Assembly (NCBI GenBank): GCA_002503055.1
Contig: DAQX01000029.1
Location: forward strand, 2,674 to 66,673
Direction: 5' to 3'
Origin: Euryarchaeota archaeon UBA86
GTDB lineage: Archaea; Thermoplasmatota; Poseidoniia; Poseidoniales; Thalassarchaeaceae
DNA: 64,000 nt
Positions 1-10,836 of this stretch are shown one piece after another. Within the stretch, counting starts at the first letter, position 1. Every line of letters starts with the position of its first letter. The translations under genes were made by a program, and so were the position numbers. The notes beneath the pieces are model-generated. The model saw only the letters and a program-made list of their open reading frames with translations. It made no database searches and was not told where the DNA came from.

Positions 1-166
1 GGCCACTTCGTGATCCGCCTCGACCATGTTGAGCAGCGAAAAGCGCTCTTGCTTTGAACCCGACCGTTAGGCTCTCCATACCTCAGTTCCGAACTGTCTG
101 AACCGTACGATTCATATACGGGCGTTCTTTCGCACTATACAACCTCAGGTTGAGTAGTGATATTTG

Positions 167-775
167 ATGACTGGAATAGACTCTGATGATTGGCCTGAAG
201 ACATGTTCGAAGAGATGGCAAAAATGCTCGAGCAGATGGGTATGCCAATCGACATCAAGGCCCTTGAACAGATGATGAAGAGAGTAATGGATCAGTTCGA
301 AGAGATGGGTATCGACCCAACTAAAATTTCACACTCCGAGTTCAAGTTCGAGTCCGCTGGCAACCCCGATGATTTCCGTCGAGCTATGGAATCAATGTTC
401 GACAGCCAAGGCGGTTTCCAAGACTTCTTCAAGCGCATGGGCGTAAATGTAGAAGTAAAGAGCAATGAACAACCACAAGACGAGGCGTCTGCAGAAGTCG
501 AGAAGTCGGAGGACTCCGAGATTTCTGATTTGCCTGAAGAGGATGCATATGTTTCAGATGGTCAAATGTCAGTCACAATCGATATATCGAGATTCCTAGA
601 CATTAGGAGTGAGGATCTTGAACTCTTGTTGAGCAGCGGCGGAGAGGTACTACAACTTCTCAGAAGAACTCAGCCGCGTCCATTCAAGAGATTCATTCTT
701 CCAGAGGCAGTTGAGGATATTCTCAACTGGGAGTTGAACAACGGCATTCTGGATATTACATTCGACCTGGCATGA
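167..775 (+). CDS. HSP20/alpha-crystallin-like domain protein with Met/Glu-rich N-terminal half
   Basis: The ORF runs 164..775 (TTG) and its first ATG is at 167. The C-terminal ~80 aa ([18 protein letters not shown]...[27 protein letters not shown]) follows the small-heat-shock alpha-crystallin pattern. The N-terminal half is rich in M/E/Q. The stop overlaps the dnaK ORF (ATGA at 772-775). Confidence 0.55.
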   Translation: MTGIDSDDWPEDMFEEMAKMLEQMGMPIDIKALEQMMKRVMDQFEEMGIDPTKISHSEFKFESAGNPDDFRRAMESMFDSQGGFQDFFKRMGVNVEVKSNEQPQDEASAEVEKSEDSEISDLPEEDAYVSDGQMSVTIDISRFLDIRSEDLELLLSSGGEVLQLLRRTQPRPFKRFILPEAVEDILNWELNNGILDITFDLA

Positions 776-801
776 GCCAAGCGAACCAAGGAGAGACAAA
801 A

Positions 802-2688
802 ATGAGTGGACCTGTGATAGGAATTGACCTAGGAACAACGAACAGCTGCGTGGCGACATTGGAGGGCGGTCAGCCCACAGTCATACCTAACTCTGAAGGA
901 TCGAGAACAACCCCTAGTGTGGTCGCTTTCTCGAAGGAAGGGGAAAGACTGGTTGGCATTACCGCCAAGCGTCAAGCCGTAACCAACTCCGATCGAACTG
1001 TAATGTCGGTTAAGAGAGAAATGGGAACAGATTGGAGCAAGCAGATTGACGATGAGGAATATACTCCTCAGGAAATCTCTGCTTTCGTTCTGCAGAAACT
1101 CAAGGCCGACGCCGAAGAATACCTTGGAAAAGAAGTCAATCAAGCAGTCATCACATGCCCTGCATATTTCAGCGATGCACAGCGAAAGGCAACTCAGGAT
1201 GCCGGTAGAATCGCAGGACTTGAGGTTCTGAGAATAATCAACGAACCCACCGCCGCTGCTCTTGCTTACGGCGTCGATAAGGAAGATGATCAGACAATCC
1301 TAGTTTTTGACTTGGGCGGCGGTACATTCGACGTCTCGATTCTAGATATCTACCAAGTCGATGGCCAGCCTCAAATTGAGGTCAAGGCAACCAGCGGAGA
1401 CAACAGACTGGGGGGTGACGACTTCGATGACAAGATCGTTGAATGGCTCGTATCTGAGTACAAGAAAACATCTGGAATTGACCTATCAAATGACCTTCAA
1501 GCAATGAGTCGTCTAAGGGAGGCTGCTGAGAAGGCTAAGATTGAGCTATCAGGAACCAACTCAACCCAAATCAATCTTCCTTTCATCACCATGAAGGATG
1601 GTCAACCCGAACACCTAGACATGAGTCTGTCCCGCGCTAAATTCGAGGACCTGACTGCTGATCTCATCAAGAGGACGATGAAACCTACTCGCAGCGCCAT
1701 GAAGGATGCTGGAGTCAAGGCGGGAAATATCGACAAGATTCTCTTAGTCGGCGGCAGCACAAGAATTCCAGCAGTCCAAGAAGCAATCGAGAAAGAGGCC
1801 GGAAAGTCGCCATTCAAAGGAATCAACCCCGACGAGGCTGTGGCAGTAGGTGCTGCTCTACAAGCAGGCATCATAGTAGGAGATGAGGGAGTTACCGATG
1901 TACTACTTCTCGATGTAACACCTCTTACCCTAGGAATCGAGACTCTGGGAGGGGTCATGACTACCATGATTGAGAGGAACACAACAATCCCTACTCGACG
2001 CTCTGAGAACTTCTCAACTGCAGCTGACAATCAGCCAGCGGTCGAAGTTCATGTTCTACAGGGCGAGAGGGAATTCGCAAAGGATAACATCACTCTTGGC
2101 CGATTCCATCTGATGGGAATACCTCCTGCACCTAGGGGAATACCCCAAATCGAGGTAACCTTCGACATCGATGCAAACGGTATTGTCAATGTGTCCGCTA
2201 AGGACTTGGGAACAGGTACCGAACAGTCGATTAAGATCGAGAGTCAGACCTCACTATCTGAAGAAGAGATTGCACAGAAGGTAGCTGATGCAGAGAAGTT
2301 TGCTAACGAGGACAAACTACGCCGTGCTGGTGTCGAATTGTTGAACACAGCTGACAGCATTGTCTACCAGACCAAGAGAATGCTAGAAGATGCGGCTGAG
2401 AAGATACAAGATCTAGACTCCGATGCAATCCATGCAAAATTGGATGATCTCAAGGAACTGATAACCAAGGAAGATGGAGAGACTCCAATCGAGGTTGATG
2501 ACATCGACGAGGCTGCAATTCAGGCCAAGATGAAAGAGGTCGAGGACGAAATGCATGAGATTTCCACCAAGATGTACGAGGCCGCTGCAGCCGAGATGGC
2601 TGAGCAGCAAGCCGCTGAGGAAGACGACGAGGATGTTGTAGAGGCAGACTTCGAAGTCGTTGACTCCGAAGAGGAACTAGACGACTAA
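802..2688 (+). CDS. dnaK: Hsp70 chaperone DnaK
   Basis: Hsp70 signatures [17 protein letters not shown] and [14 protein letters not shown] are present, with an acidic C-terminal tail. The start is set at ATG 802 ([15 protein letters not shown]), preceded by AAGGAGAG. An in-frame ATG also lies at 772. Confidence 0.95.
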   Translation: MSGPVIGIDLGTTNSCVATLEGGQPTVIPNSEGSRTTPSVVAFSKEGERLVGITAKRQAVTNSDRTVMSVKREMGTDWSKQIDDEEYTPQEISAFVLQKLKADAEEYLGKEVNQAVITCPAYFSDAQRKATQDAGRIAGLEVLRIINEPTAAALAYGVDKEDDQTILVFDLGGGTFDVSILDIYQVDGQPQIEVKATSGDNRLGGDDFDDKIVEWLVSEYKKTSGIDLSNDLQAMSRLREAAEKAKIELSGTNSTQINLPFITMKDGQPEHLDMSLSRAKFEDLTADLIKRTMKPTRSAMKDAGVKAGNIDKILLVGGSTRIPAVQEAIEKEAGKSPFKGINPDEAVAVGAALQAGIIVGDEGVTDVLLLDVTPLTLGIETLGGVMTTMIERNTTIPTRRSENFSTAADNQPAVEVHVLQGEREFAKDNITLGRFHLMGIPPAPRGIPQIEVTFDIDANGIVNVSAKDLGTGTEQSIKIESQTSLSEEEIAQKVADAEKFANEDKLRRAGVELLNTADSIVYQTKRMLEDAAEKIQDLDSDAIHAKLDDLKELITKEDGETPIEVDDIDEAAIQAKMKEVEDEMHEISTKMYEAAAAEMAEQQAAEEDDEDVVEADFEVVDSEEELDD

Positions 2689-4208
2689 TCTTCCGTAATC
2701 AACCTGTGAAGAGTCCTTACATGGACTCCAGAAACTCCGAATTGGAAGAGAGGGTTTGCGCCCTCTGAGCGAGCCTTTGAACCAGGCCCCCAGGCAGTAC
2801 CTGCAATGTCGAGGTGGACCCAAGGAATCTTGTCCGCATCTTCGTCAAAGTCGCGATGAGGTACGAAGAACTCGAGGAACGAGGCTGCTGCGTTCGAAGA
2901 ACCGGCCCTACCTCCAATCGATCCGTTTCGGATGTCCGCGAATGCAGAGTCTGTCATGTACTTCCTGAACTGGGCATTCAGAGGCATCCTCCATACGGCT
3001 TCTCCAGAGCGATTGGCAGCCTTCTTCAATCTCCTGCTGATATCATCATCGTTGGCCCACATTCCGGTAATCTGGTTGCCTAGAGCTACTACGATTGCTC
3101 CTGTCAAAGTGGCTAGGTCAACAATGTACTCAGGATCAAGCTCTCCGGCTTTCCACAACCCATCAGCCAGAACATTTCGTCCTTCAGCATCGGTGCTGAA
3201 TACCTCAATGGTCTTGCCAGAGTATGTCTTGAATACATCTCCAGGCCTGTAAGCACCTGAGCCGGGCATGTTCTCAGCCAAACATGCGACCCCATTCACC
3301 CTGCGTTCATAACCAGTCGAGTGTAAAGCCTCCATCAATCCGAATACTGTTGCAGCACCGCACATATCGTACTTCATGTCCCACATTCCACCAGTAGGCT
3401 TGATTGATATTCCACCTGTGTCGAATGTTATTCCTTTACCGACTATACAGGGTCTTTGCACCTCCTCATCCGCGTCTGGATTTAGCGTAAACAGAACCAT
3501 ACAAGGCTTCCTGTCACTTCCTTTTCCAACATTAATCAGCCCCCCCATTCCGAGCTCCTGTAATTTGCCCCAGTCGTAAACTTCCACAGACACATTATCC
3601 TTGTCAGCAGCCCATTCTTCTGCCCTACGAGCGTACTCCATAGGGTACAGAACATTGGCCGGCTCATTTCCTAAATCACGCGCTAGATGGACACCTCCAA
3701 CTATTGAGTTAATTCTAGAAAGTCCTTCAGCCAATGACTCTTGATATCTCTGGCTAGCTTGGAACTGAACCGACCATGGTTCCATGATATGATTATCATC
3801 GATCTCTTGATGCTCTAGAAACTCGTAATCTCTCAGCATCATTCCTTCTGCAAAGTCAATCATTCGCTCACCTGTCCACCCTGAGGTGAATCTCACGCAT
3901 ACTGAGAGCCCCTTCTTCTTGGATAGAGAAGCCATCACTCGAGCTCCGGTGTTACGGGCCATTCCGTGGCTGAGACCATCCTTCTTGCCCATGCCGATGA
4001 GCATGACTCTACATTCAGGAGTCCAAATGACCATTCTCTGCCCCTTCTTTCCTTCAAATTCATCAGATGAAATTGCTTCCTTGACTAGGTTACGCTGACT
4101 CCGACCAAGACCTGAGAGAGCATTGTTAGGGGCTCGGCCTACTCCTTCAAAGAGAGGTATCAGCAGTTGTTCACAGGCTTCATCGAATTCATTATTGGCC
4201 CAATTCAT
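2685..4208 (-). CDS. pepA: Leucyl aminopeptidase (M17 family)
   Basis: 507-aa ORF with the M17 signature [12 protein letters not shown] and [15 protein letters not shown]. The 3' end overlaps the dnaK stop by 4 nt (convergent genes). Confidence 0.9.
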   Translation of the reverse strand: MNWANNEFDEACEQLLIPLFEGVGRAPNNALSGLGRSQRNLVKEAISSDEFEGKKGQRMVIWTPECRVMLIGMGKKDGLSHGMARNTGARVMASLSKKKGLSVCVRFTSGWTGERMIDFAEGMMLRDYEFLEHQEIDDNHIMEPWSVQFQASQRYQESLAEGLSRINSIVGGVHLARDLGNEPANVLYPMEYARRAEEWAADKDNVSVEVYDWGKLQELGMGGLINVGKGSDRKPCMVLFTLNPDADEEVQRPCIVGKGITFDTGGISIKPTGGMWDMKYDMCGAATVFGLMEALHSTGYERRVNGVACLAENMPGSGAYRPGDVFKTYSGKTIEVFSTDAEGRNVLADGLWKAGELDPEYIVDLATLTGAIVVALGNQITGMWANDDDISRRLKKAANRSGEAVWRMPLNAQFRKYMTDSAFADIRNGSIGGRAGSSNAAASFLEFFVPHRDFDEDADKIPWVHLDIAGTAWGPGSKARSEGANPLFQFGVSGVHVRTLHRLITED

Positions 4209-4304
4209 CTTATCACCGAAGATTGCGATTTGGTAGCAATATACAAAGAATTGCTTTGAAAATCAATACTTTAGAGTGAAAATTACTATAATGAATAATG
4301 CAAA

Positions 4305-5708
4305 TTACGGTTCAATTCTACTATTTCTTCCATTAATCGCCGCTAGAGCGATGGAGAATAAAACTAGGATTACCGAAGGAGCAGGAAGCAGACCGGACTC
4401 TACAGACTTAATTCCAACAACGCTATTGTTGACTTCCTCAATCGCCCACATCGAAGCATCGACCACTCGCTTCTGATAGTGTAGAGCGAATTGCCCACTC
4501 TCAGATATTTTCACGCCTTCGAAGTCGAGGATAATCTGCGTACTATTTGTGGCATTGACTTGGAATCCACATCCTACAAGCGAGTAATTAAACTGTGATT
4601 CTATAGTACATGGTTCCTTTTCCAGAGAAATACTAGGGACAAACTCAGTACCATCTTCATCGATGTAGACTAGCGTGGCATTTGCCGTAGAAGCTCTACC
4701 TAGGTTAGAAACTGATAACTCAACTCGAGATCCATCTATGGCCAATGAATCAACAACCAATCTAGCCCTCCAGTACCACACATTCTCGATTAGATAATTC
4801 ATCACATCGAGTTCTTCTCCCAATCTGTCCGAGACTGCCTCTATGGATCCTAGAAGGAATTGCTCATCATCGGTCTCAAAGGTGAAAGTTGGGTACCCCA
4901 TAACACCGTAGCCATAATCACGACTAGTTCCACAATTCGGGTATAGACCTTGGTTAGCGTTACGAATAGGTATGTCTGAAATGTTTGAATTCACTTCATC
5001 TCTAATGTGGTGATACATTTCCCAGTCAGAAGGCTGTTCTGGCCATTTACCCCAAGGGTAGAGCATAATCCAAACTCCAGTATGCATTGTAATGTATAGG
5101 TCGGCATGAGGAACTACCTCGTTCATGTAAATCGAATTTGCAAGAGTCTCTGATTCACTGAATGCCGAACTTCCAGGCTGAGTTGTGGGGCATGTGTTCC
5201 AGTAATGGTCATAATTTCTATTCAGGTCTACCTGATTGACATTCCACCTGGTATCGAAGTCATTTCCATCTGCATTTAGCATGATGAGAATATGTAATTC
5301 AGTGGTCGCCAATACATCGAGTACCTCTTGTTCACCATCGCCCCAGCCTTCGATATAATATTCAGCCACCAGAAACGCAAGCTCCGTTCCTAAATGTTCG
5401 TTCCCATGATGCCCTCCGTCAATGTAAACCACTTCTTTGGCTGATCCATCGGGCTTGGTCTCCTGACTCCAATCTGAAATTTGTAACATCCATAGGTTCC
5501 TTCCCAATTCTGTTTGACCTACGACCAACAAATTCACGATTTCTGGGTAATCATCCGCCCATGCATTGACATCCAATGTCAGTGTTGCATAGGAATGATA
5601 CCAGTGCTCCTGAATTATGTCCGGCTGACCTATCTGTGCCGATGCTATCGGTGCAACAGGCACAGTCAGCATCAGGGATGTGAGGATAATCGCTGCCCAG
5701 CGGCGCAT
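4305..5708 (-). CDS. Secreted/anchored M14 zinc carboxypeptidase
   Basis: HxxE zinc motif (GGHHGNEHLGTE) in an M14-like core. ATG 5708 gives a classic signal peptide (MRRWAAIILTSLMLTVPVAPIASAQ); the ORF track starts at GTG 5747. The C-terminus has a hydrophobic anchor followed by basic residues. Confidence 0.8.
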   Translation of the reverse strand: MRRWAAIILTSLMLTVPVAPIASAQIGQPDIIQEHWYHSYATLTLDVNAWADDYPEIVNLLVVGQTELGRNLWMLQISDWSQETKPDGSAKEVVYIDGGHHGNEHLGTELAFLVAEYYIEGWGDGEQEVLDVLATTELHILIMLNADGNDFDTRWNVNQVDLNRNYDHYWNTCPTTQPGSSAFSESETLANSIYMNEVVPHADLYITMHTGVWIMLYPWGKWPEQPSDWEMYHHIRDEVNSNISDIPIRNANQGLYPNCGTSRDYGYGVMGYPTFTFETDDEQFLLGSIEAVSDRLGEELDVMNYLIENVWYWRARLVVDSLAIDGSRVELSVSNLGRASTANATLVYIDEDGTEFVPSISLEKEPCTIESQFNYSLVGCGFQVNATNSTQIILDFEGVKISESGQFALHYQKRVVDASMWAIEEVNNSVVGIKSVESGLLPAPSVILVLFSIALAAINGRNSRIEP

Positions 5709-5765
5709 AGCGCCGCTGAGGGGGTCTTCATCTACAATCGTTGGCACTAAATGTCAATTTTTCCA

Positions 5766-6683
5766 CTAGTTACGACTAGCAATGTGAGCGACCAGCATCT
5801 TGGTAGCGATGAGTGCTGCGTTGAACTGGGTCAGACGGTCCTCACCGGGGACGATTTCGTTGACATCGACCCCAATGACCTCGGCAGAACTTGCGAATAA
5901 ATCTTCGATAATCTCTACGGCTGCCCAATGACTCAAACCTCCAGGAACTGGAGTACCGGTGTCTGGAACAAGCGAGCCGTCCAGACCGTCGACATCGAAG
6001 GTCAACCAAACAGGCCCCTCTATCTGCGCAATTCTTTCCTTGAGCGCAACCCATCCTGCTTGCCCGTCACACACGCCCATGAAATCCCTAGCATACCAGG
6101 TTTCCACTCGCTCATCATTGTCAGAGAATTCTGCCTCCTCTCTGGATAGCACTCGTGTACCAATTTGCACTACACGACCAACCCCTGCATCGAGAGATCT
6201 TCTGACTGCGGTTCCATGAGAGAATCTTTCTCCTCCGAGTTGATCCCTAAGGTCGGCATGGGCATCGACTTGAATCAGCGTCAGGCGACTCAAATCTCCG
6301 TCCAATGAAGGATGTCCTGCAGCAGCCTGCATCAAGGGGGGAAGAATGCCGTGTTCACCACCTAGGAATAACGGAAATTGCTCACCATCCATCCACTTTA
6401 CTGCATAGTCTCTAATCGAATCCAATTGCTCCATCAGAGTTCCTGCATTTGACGACCATGCTTCTGCAGTATGCATTCTCATTCCGCAAGGTAGTTCCTC
6501 AGGAAGCAAAGTGTCGTACAATTCTACTTGAGAACTAGCAGAGATACAAGCCGCAGGACCATCTTCCGTTCCCTCTCCCCAACTTGTTGTCATCTCGAAT
6601 GGAATTGGCAGAATCACAATGTCCCATGGCCCATCTTCGGACTCTTTGAGGCCGAGGAAAGTAACTCTCTGCTGCTCTTCCAC
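5766..6683 (-). CDS. Agmatinase/arginase-family ureohydrolase
   Basis: Arginase-fold Mn-binding motifs LGGEHG, QVDAHADLRD and TFDVDGLDGS. GTG start. Confidence 0.8.
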   Translation of the reverse strand: MEEQQRVTFLGLKESEDGPWDIVILPIPFEMTTSWGEGTEDGPAACISASSQVELYDTLLPEELPCGMRMHTAEAWSSNAGTLMEQLDSIRDYAVKWMDGEQFPLFLGGEHGILPPLMQAAAGHPSLDGDLSRLTLIQVDAHADLRDQLGGERFSHGTAVRRSLDAGVGRVVQIGTRVLSREEAEFSDNDERVETWYARDFMGVCDGQAGWVALKERIAQIEGPVWLTFDVDGLDGSLVPDTGTPVPGGLSHWAAVEIIEDLFASSAEVIGVDVNEIVPGEDRLTQFNAALIATKMLVAHIASRN

Positions 6684-6804
6684 GAGGTCGCGAAAGTAGC
6701 AGGAAGATTAACCGCTTCGGAGAGAAATTGACCTTTTTCAGGGCACAGGGAAGGACTGTTGAAATAGCGCGGCCTCTCATCTATACTCGCCGCGGAGGGA
6801 TTAG

Positions 6805-7218
6805 ATGGGATTGACACTAGCACAATTGACCGACGCTATTCGGCATAAGGTCGATGCCGATATGGAGACCTCGGTTGCTGAGACTATCGCCGAGCATGCA
6901 CTCGGATTCTTTGGTTTCTCCAATCGCATTATCGACAATGCTCTCGAGCCAACCGATCGCAACCTGTTCTATCAGTTGCAGGACTATGACCTGTTGACAA
7001 CTGAATCAGAAGAAACCACACTTTGGGATGGTCGTGAGTGGAGGATTCACTACTGGAAATTCAAGTCTAATGCCGAGGAGCTTGCTAGACTTGCCGCTGA
7101 AGGAAAGACCAACAAGGGTGACGACGACCCCTATGCGGGCGTCTATGACGATGTTCCTGCCTCACTATGGAGAGAACGCTCGGGCGAGGATGACGATTAC
7201 GAAGAGCCTCTGTTCTAG
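6805..7218 (+). CDS. Hypothetical acidic protein
   Basis: 137-aa ORF with an ATG start and acidic composition matching the neighbouring genes. I recognise no family. Confidence 0.5.
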   Translation: MGLTLAQLTDAIRHKVDADMETSVAETIAEHALGFFGFSNRIIDNALEPTDRNLFYQLQDYDLLTTESEETTLWDGREWRIHYWKFKSNAEELARLAAEGKTNKGDDDPYAGVYDDVPASLWRERSGEDDDYEEPLF

Positions 7219-7264
7219 TACAGGGCGGGAATCGGTTCATATCTCATGATTCTAGGCACATGCT

Positions 7265-10200
7265 GTGCCTCACGCGAGACAAGCACTCATAATCCTCGTA
7301 ACTCTCTTACTATCGACCCAAGCATCGTTGGTTCTCGCCGAGGAAGAGACGCAGACCACCTGTGCCGTACTTGTCGATTGGGATGTCGAGGAGCATTGGG
7401 ATGGGGGCTGGAATGTTACATTCGATGTCCTACATAGGTATCTTGTGATATTCGACCCCCCATTCACCGCAGGTGATACTCCAACTTCAGTCACAGTTTC
7501 AGTAGAGCAGCACAGAGATGAAATCCAAATTGCTGACAACTCGAACGCCTCGTACATCAATGCCGGCGGCGAGATTGACATTGTACTCGACACCGAACCT
7601 GAGTTTGGAGACATCGTTCAGATTTCTGTAATAACTTCCGAGGCCACCTGCTCTAGAGAACTCTCCATTACTCGCTGGAATCAACCTATGGCTGATCACG
7701 AGATTACTAGAGAGACAACTTGGAACATGGATGGTGCAGAACAAGACAACAGCATCGACTTTGAAGGAAGAGGATGGCAGAAGAGAACAGGAGATATCCT
7801 AGAGTCTAACGAACTCGGTAATGGGACTCTGTTGCTAGACTCGATGGATGGTACACAAGGCCTCATGCTAGCACTCAACCTTGAGACAATCTGGCTCAAC
7901 GAGACTTATGATGGAGTCGAACTTTTGAATCAGGACTTTGAGATGCGAGGAAACGGCTCACTCTTCCTGAACACCACCGAGGAAGGAGATGAAGGAAACA
8001 GCGGATTCTCCGTCGATGTTGATGTTCATGAAGTACTAGTTCTGCGTTCATGGCAGGAAGACAGCTCTACTGAACGCTTCCTGATCGACGGAACAGGTTG
8101 GTTGTCTTTCAACGGAGGAGATAATAATAGCTCTGAAGGAGGATTTGGACAACTTTCATCCTTCTATTGGGAGACATGGGACGAAGATGACAGAAGGAGA
8201 TTACAGCATCTACAACTGGAAGCGAATGCAACTCTGCGACTCGACAGTGGCGCAAACGAGTATTTCTCATTCGATCTCGATGAGTTCAGAATCCTAGAGC
8301 GCTGGGAAGACGGAATCAGAGAGGAACAACACTCACTGATTCTTGGCGGCGGAGATTTCGGGTTCTTAATTGACGACGAATTCTTCGAAGTCGAAGTAAA
8401 CGGAACCATCCCACTCATCCATTTCGAGACTATTGGGGGAGAGACAGTTGCAGATACAATCAGACTCGATGGAACCTACGACGGTGATGCAGAGGGTAGT
8501 TTCGGATTGATTAGAAGAATCGTTGATACAGGTACTCAAGAGAATGCAACTGGTGTGATGTTTGAGGTAGATAAAATCGAGAATGAGTTTTGGTTCAATG
8601 TCTCTGCAACTCCAATTGGCCCAATTACTGAGGATTGGCAGGCCGAGCACAATTTGACCTACGAGTACACAGTTCCACAAGTCGACTGGTGGAATCGTAC
8701 CATCAGGTACCAGTATATCGAGGACAATGGAACTGTGAATAATGAATATCCCGAGACATCGCCAATCATCGTACAGGCGCAGCAGCCTGAAGCAAACCGT
8801 ATCTTTGAGAATCATATTTCCAGAGAGACCGGATCTGCTCCAGAGATTCTCGTGCCTGGAGATAGTTTTGCTCTTGTAGGCAATGACGCACTCATACTGT
8901 CAGTCGATGTGATGTCTATTGTAGATGGCGAAATGGACGGACACAATGTCACTCTAGCAGAGTGGATTGGTGACTATGGCGGTAACACATATGCATCAGG
9001 CAGTGTCGTCAATGAAGGTCCACTTGCCGGTTTGTTGAATGAGGTCTATCGCTGGATCGACATTTCATTCAGCGAGAACGGGAGCTCCGAAAATCTAGCC
9101 TTTGTAGAGCATCAGTCTGTCGATAGAGTCCTCTCTCCTTCGGTAATCTCGGAGGAAGAAAATACCCCTCCTGCTCTAATTTCTGTAGGTTTCAGAGAAG
9201 GTAGGCTTCTGACTGAGGGAGACTCTGCTCATTTAGAAGTCCTAGTCTATGACTTCGATACAGATGTCACAGCTGTATCCGTGGATCTGACTGATATTGG
9301 CCTAGGAATAGTCGAACTCTCGGATTCTGGTCTTCTGGGTGACCACACCATCCATGATGACATCTGGACGGCACTGGTGAATTATGAAGGCCTAGAGCAC
9401 GGCATAATCCCAACCTCAGTTACAATCGATGATTTCTGGCTCTCAATTGTTGAGGAATCTAGTATTGAGATAACCAATGCAGCCCCCAGAATGCTTTCTC
9501 TACAATTCTCCCCTGACTCCGTGTTTCGCGGAGATTTAGTCGATGTCATAGTCACCGCAGTGGATGGCCACGGAGTCGAATCTGCAGCTGTTGACTTGCT
9601 TGGAGTCGGAGGTGAGCTAAGCCAACTAATCGAAACTAATGGTGAATGGATTGGCCAATTTACTGTACCGACCGGCATGTCCCCAGGGGAGCGAACAATT
9701 CCAATCCGAATAACCGACGGCGACGGCGAGACAGTGATTTCAGAGCATACTCACGCAGGAGGATTTCCAATTGATGCACCAAAGTTGACAATTGTGAATG
9801 AAGCTCCGATTATTGGAGACATTATCATTATCAGAGAAGGAGAAACAGTTGACACAGTACATGTTCCCTCTAGTGGTGACCCGATTACACACTTCCTTGA
9901 AGTTGCTATTGATGATCCAGATGGAGTCTCTTCTGCACAAGCAAAGATTGGCAGACTAGCACCAATTGGTAGCTCCGATGCTTGGCTTCTGATGGTGGAC
10001 GATGGAACAGGCGGAGACAGGGTTGCAGGCGATGGAATCTACACACTCTCTTTCGATGTTCGAACGACCTTGCCAGAGGGCAACATGACAATAGAAGTCA
10101 GAGCCACAGACACTTACCTCTCCACAACTCCGTACAACGATCAGCAGCAGACTCTAGAACTTGAGAAGATGATTTCTGGAGGAAGTGGAGGAAACTGGAT

Positions 10201-10306
10201 TGCTGACAACTCGATGTTACTGGTCGCAGTCGGCCTAGTTCTTCTGCTTCTAATCGGAGCTACTGCTATCGTAATTTCGATACGGAATTCTGAGACCGAG
10301 TGGTAA
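7265..10306 (+). CDS. Large secreted surface protein with C-terminal TM anchor (possible S-layer/adhesin-like glycoprotein)
   Basis: GTG start followed by a signal peptide (ALIILVTLLLSTQASLVLA). I hand-counted about 19 N-x-S/T sequons. Three ~110-aa Ig-like repeats lie in the C-terminal third. The C-terminus carries a single TM (LLVAVGLVLLLLIGATAIVI) followed by RNSETEW. Confidence 0.75.
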   Translation: MPHARQALIILVTLLLSTQASLVLAEEETQTTCAVLVDWDVEEHWDGGWNVTFDVLHRYLVIFDPPFTAGDTPTSVTVSVEQHRDEIQIADNSNASYINAGGEIDIVLDTEPEFGDIVQISVITSEATCSRELSITRWNQPMADHEITRETTWNMDGAEQDNSIDFEGRGWQKRTGDILESNELGNGTLLLDSMDGTQGLMLALNLETIWLNETYDGVELLNQDFEMRGNGSLFLNTTEEGDEGNSGFSVDVDVHEVLVLRSWQEDSSTERFLIDGTGWLSFNGGDNNSSEGGFGQLSSFYWETWDEDDRRRLQHLQLEANATLRLDSGANEYFSFDLDEFRILERWEDGIREEQHSLILGGGDFGFLIDDEFFEVEVNGTIPLIHFETIGGETVADTIRLDGTYDGDAEGSFGLIRRIVDTGTQENATGVMFEVDKIENEFWFNVSATPIGPITEDWQAEHNLTYEYTVPQVDWWNRTIRYQYIEDNGTVNNEYPETSPIIVQAQQPEANRIFENHISRETGSAPEILVPGDSFALVGNDALILSVDVMSIVDGEMDGHNVTLAEWIGDYGGNTYASGSVVNEGPLAGLLNEVYRWIDISFSENGSSENLAFVEHQSVDRVLSPSVISEEENTPPALISVGFREGRLLTEGDSAHLEVLVYDFDTDVTAVSVDLTDIGLGIVELSDSGLLGDHTIHDDIWTALVNYEGLEHGIIPTSVTIDDFWLSIVEESSIEITNAAPRMLSLQFSPDSVFRGDLVDVIVTAVDGHGVESAAVDLLGVGGELSQLIETNGEWIGQFTVPTGMSPGERTIPIRITDGDGETVISEHTHAGGFPIDAPKLTIVNEAPIIGDIIIIREGETVDTVHVPSSGDPITHFLEVAIDDPDGVSSAQAKIGRLAPIGSSDAWLLMVDDGTGGDRVAGDGIYTLSFDVRTTLPEGNMTIEVRATDTYLSTTPYNDQQQTLELEKMISGGSGGNWIADNSMLLVAVGLVLLLLIGATAIVISIRNSETEW

Positions 10307-10768
10307 TCAATCCAGCTCCTTGGGCCTGAGTACCTCAATCAGACTCCACTTCCGACCGTCATTTTCTATCAAAGCAGCAGCCCCCGCGGGCATCACCTCC
10401 CACTCTCCAGTTAGATGGTTAATCAGAACTTCTGAGCCCGGATTATGTCCGAGAATCAATGTTGTCCCTCCTTCAAGCAGATCTTCTAACTGTTCGGAAA
10501 GGCTACTGAGTCCGGCATGGTAGATTTCTGGACGAATTTCAATGGATGCATCACCAATCACAGCAGACATCCCTTCCAATGTCTCAATCGTTCTTCTAGA
10601 GCTGCTCACTAGGACTAGTTGAGGCAACCAACCTCGGTTAGCCAGAATCTGCCCCATCCGTGGTGCATCGTACTGACCTATTTCACTCAGTGGCCTATCA
10701 TGGTCAGTAAGATCAGGATAGTCCAAACTACTCTCGGCATGGCGCATCACTACCAACCTGTTTCTCAT
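10307..10768 (-). CDS. Histidine phosphatase superfamily protein (SixA-like)
   Basis: N-terminal LVVMRHAES motif (RHxxS/A catalytic His) and LGHNPG later in the sequence. ATG at 10768; the ORF track starts at GTG 10777. Confidence 0.65.
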   Translation of the reverse strand: MRNRLVVMRHAESSLDYPDLTDHDRPLSEIGQYDAPRMGQILANRGWLPQLVLVSSSRRTIETLEGMSAVIGDASIEIRPEIYHAGLSSLSEQLEDLLEGGTTLILGHNPGSEVLINHLTGEWEVMPAGAAALIENDGRKWSLIEVLRPKELD

Positions 10769-10836
10769 GACTTGCACATGTCACACTACTTCTTGAATTG
10801 CATGAATCTCATAAGACGCCGCGCGGTGGGTTACAC

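Noticed and set aside
1-57. Possible 3' end of an upstream plus-strand gene (…GHFVIRLDHVEQRKALLL*), or alternatively the first nine codons of a minus-strand gene starting at 27.
   Set aside because: It is too short to discriminate between the two readings or to assign a function.
829-2610. Antisense ORFs inside dnaK (829..1143, 1602..2030, 2413..2610), and similar shadow ORFs opposite most long genes throughout the window.
   Set aside because: They lie entirely within strongly supported genes on the other strand. Their translations are R/S/C-rich and unlike the acidic local proteome. They are typical shadow frames.
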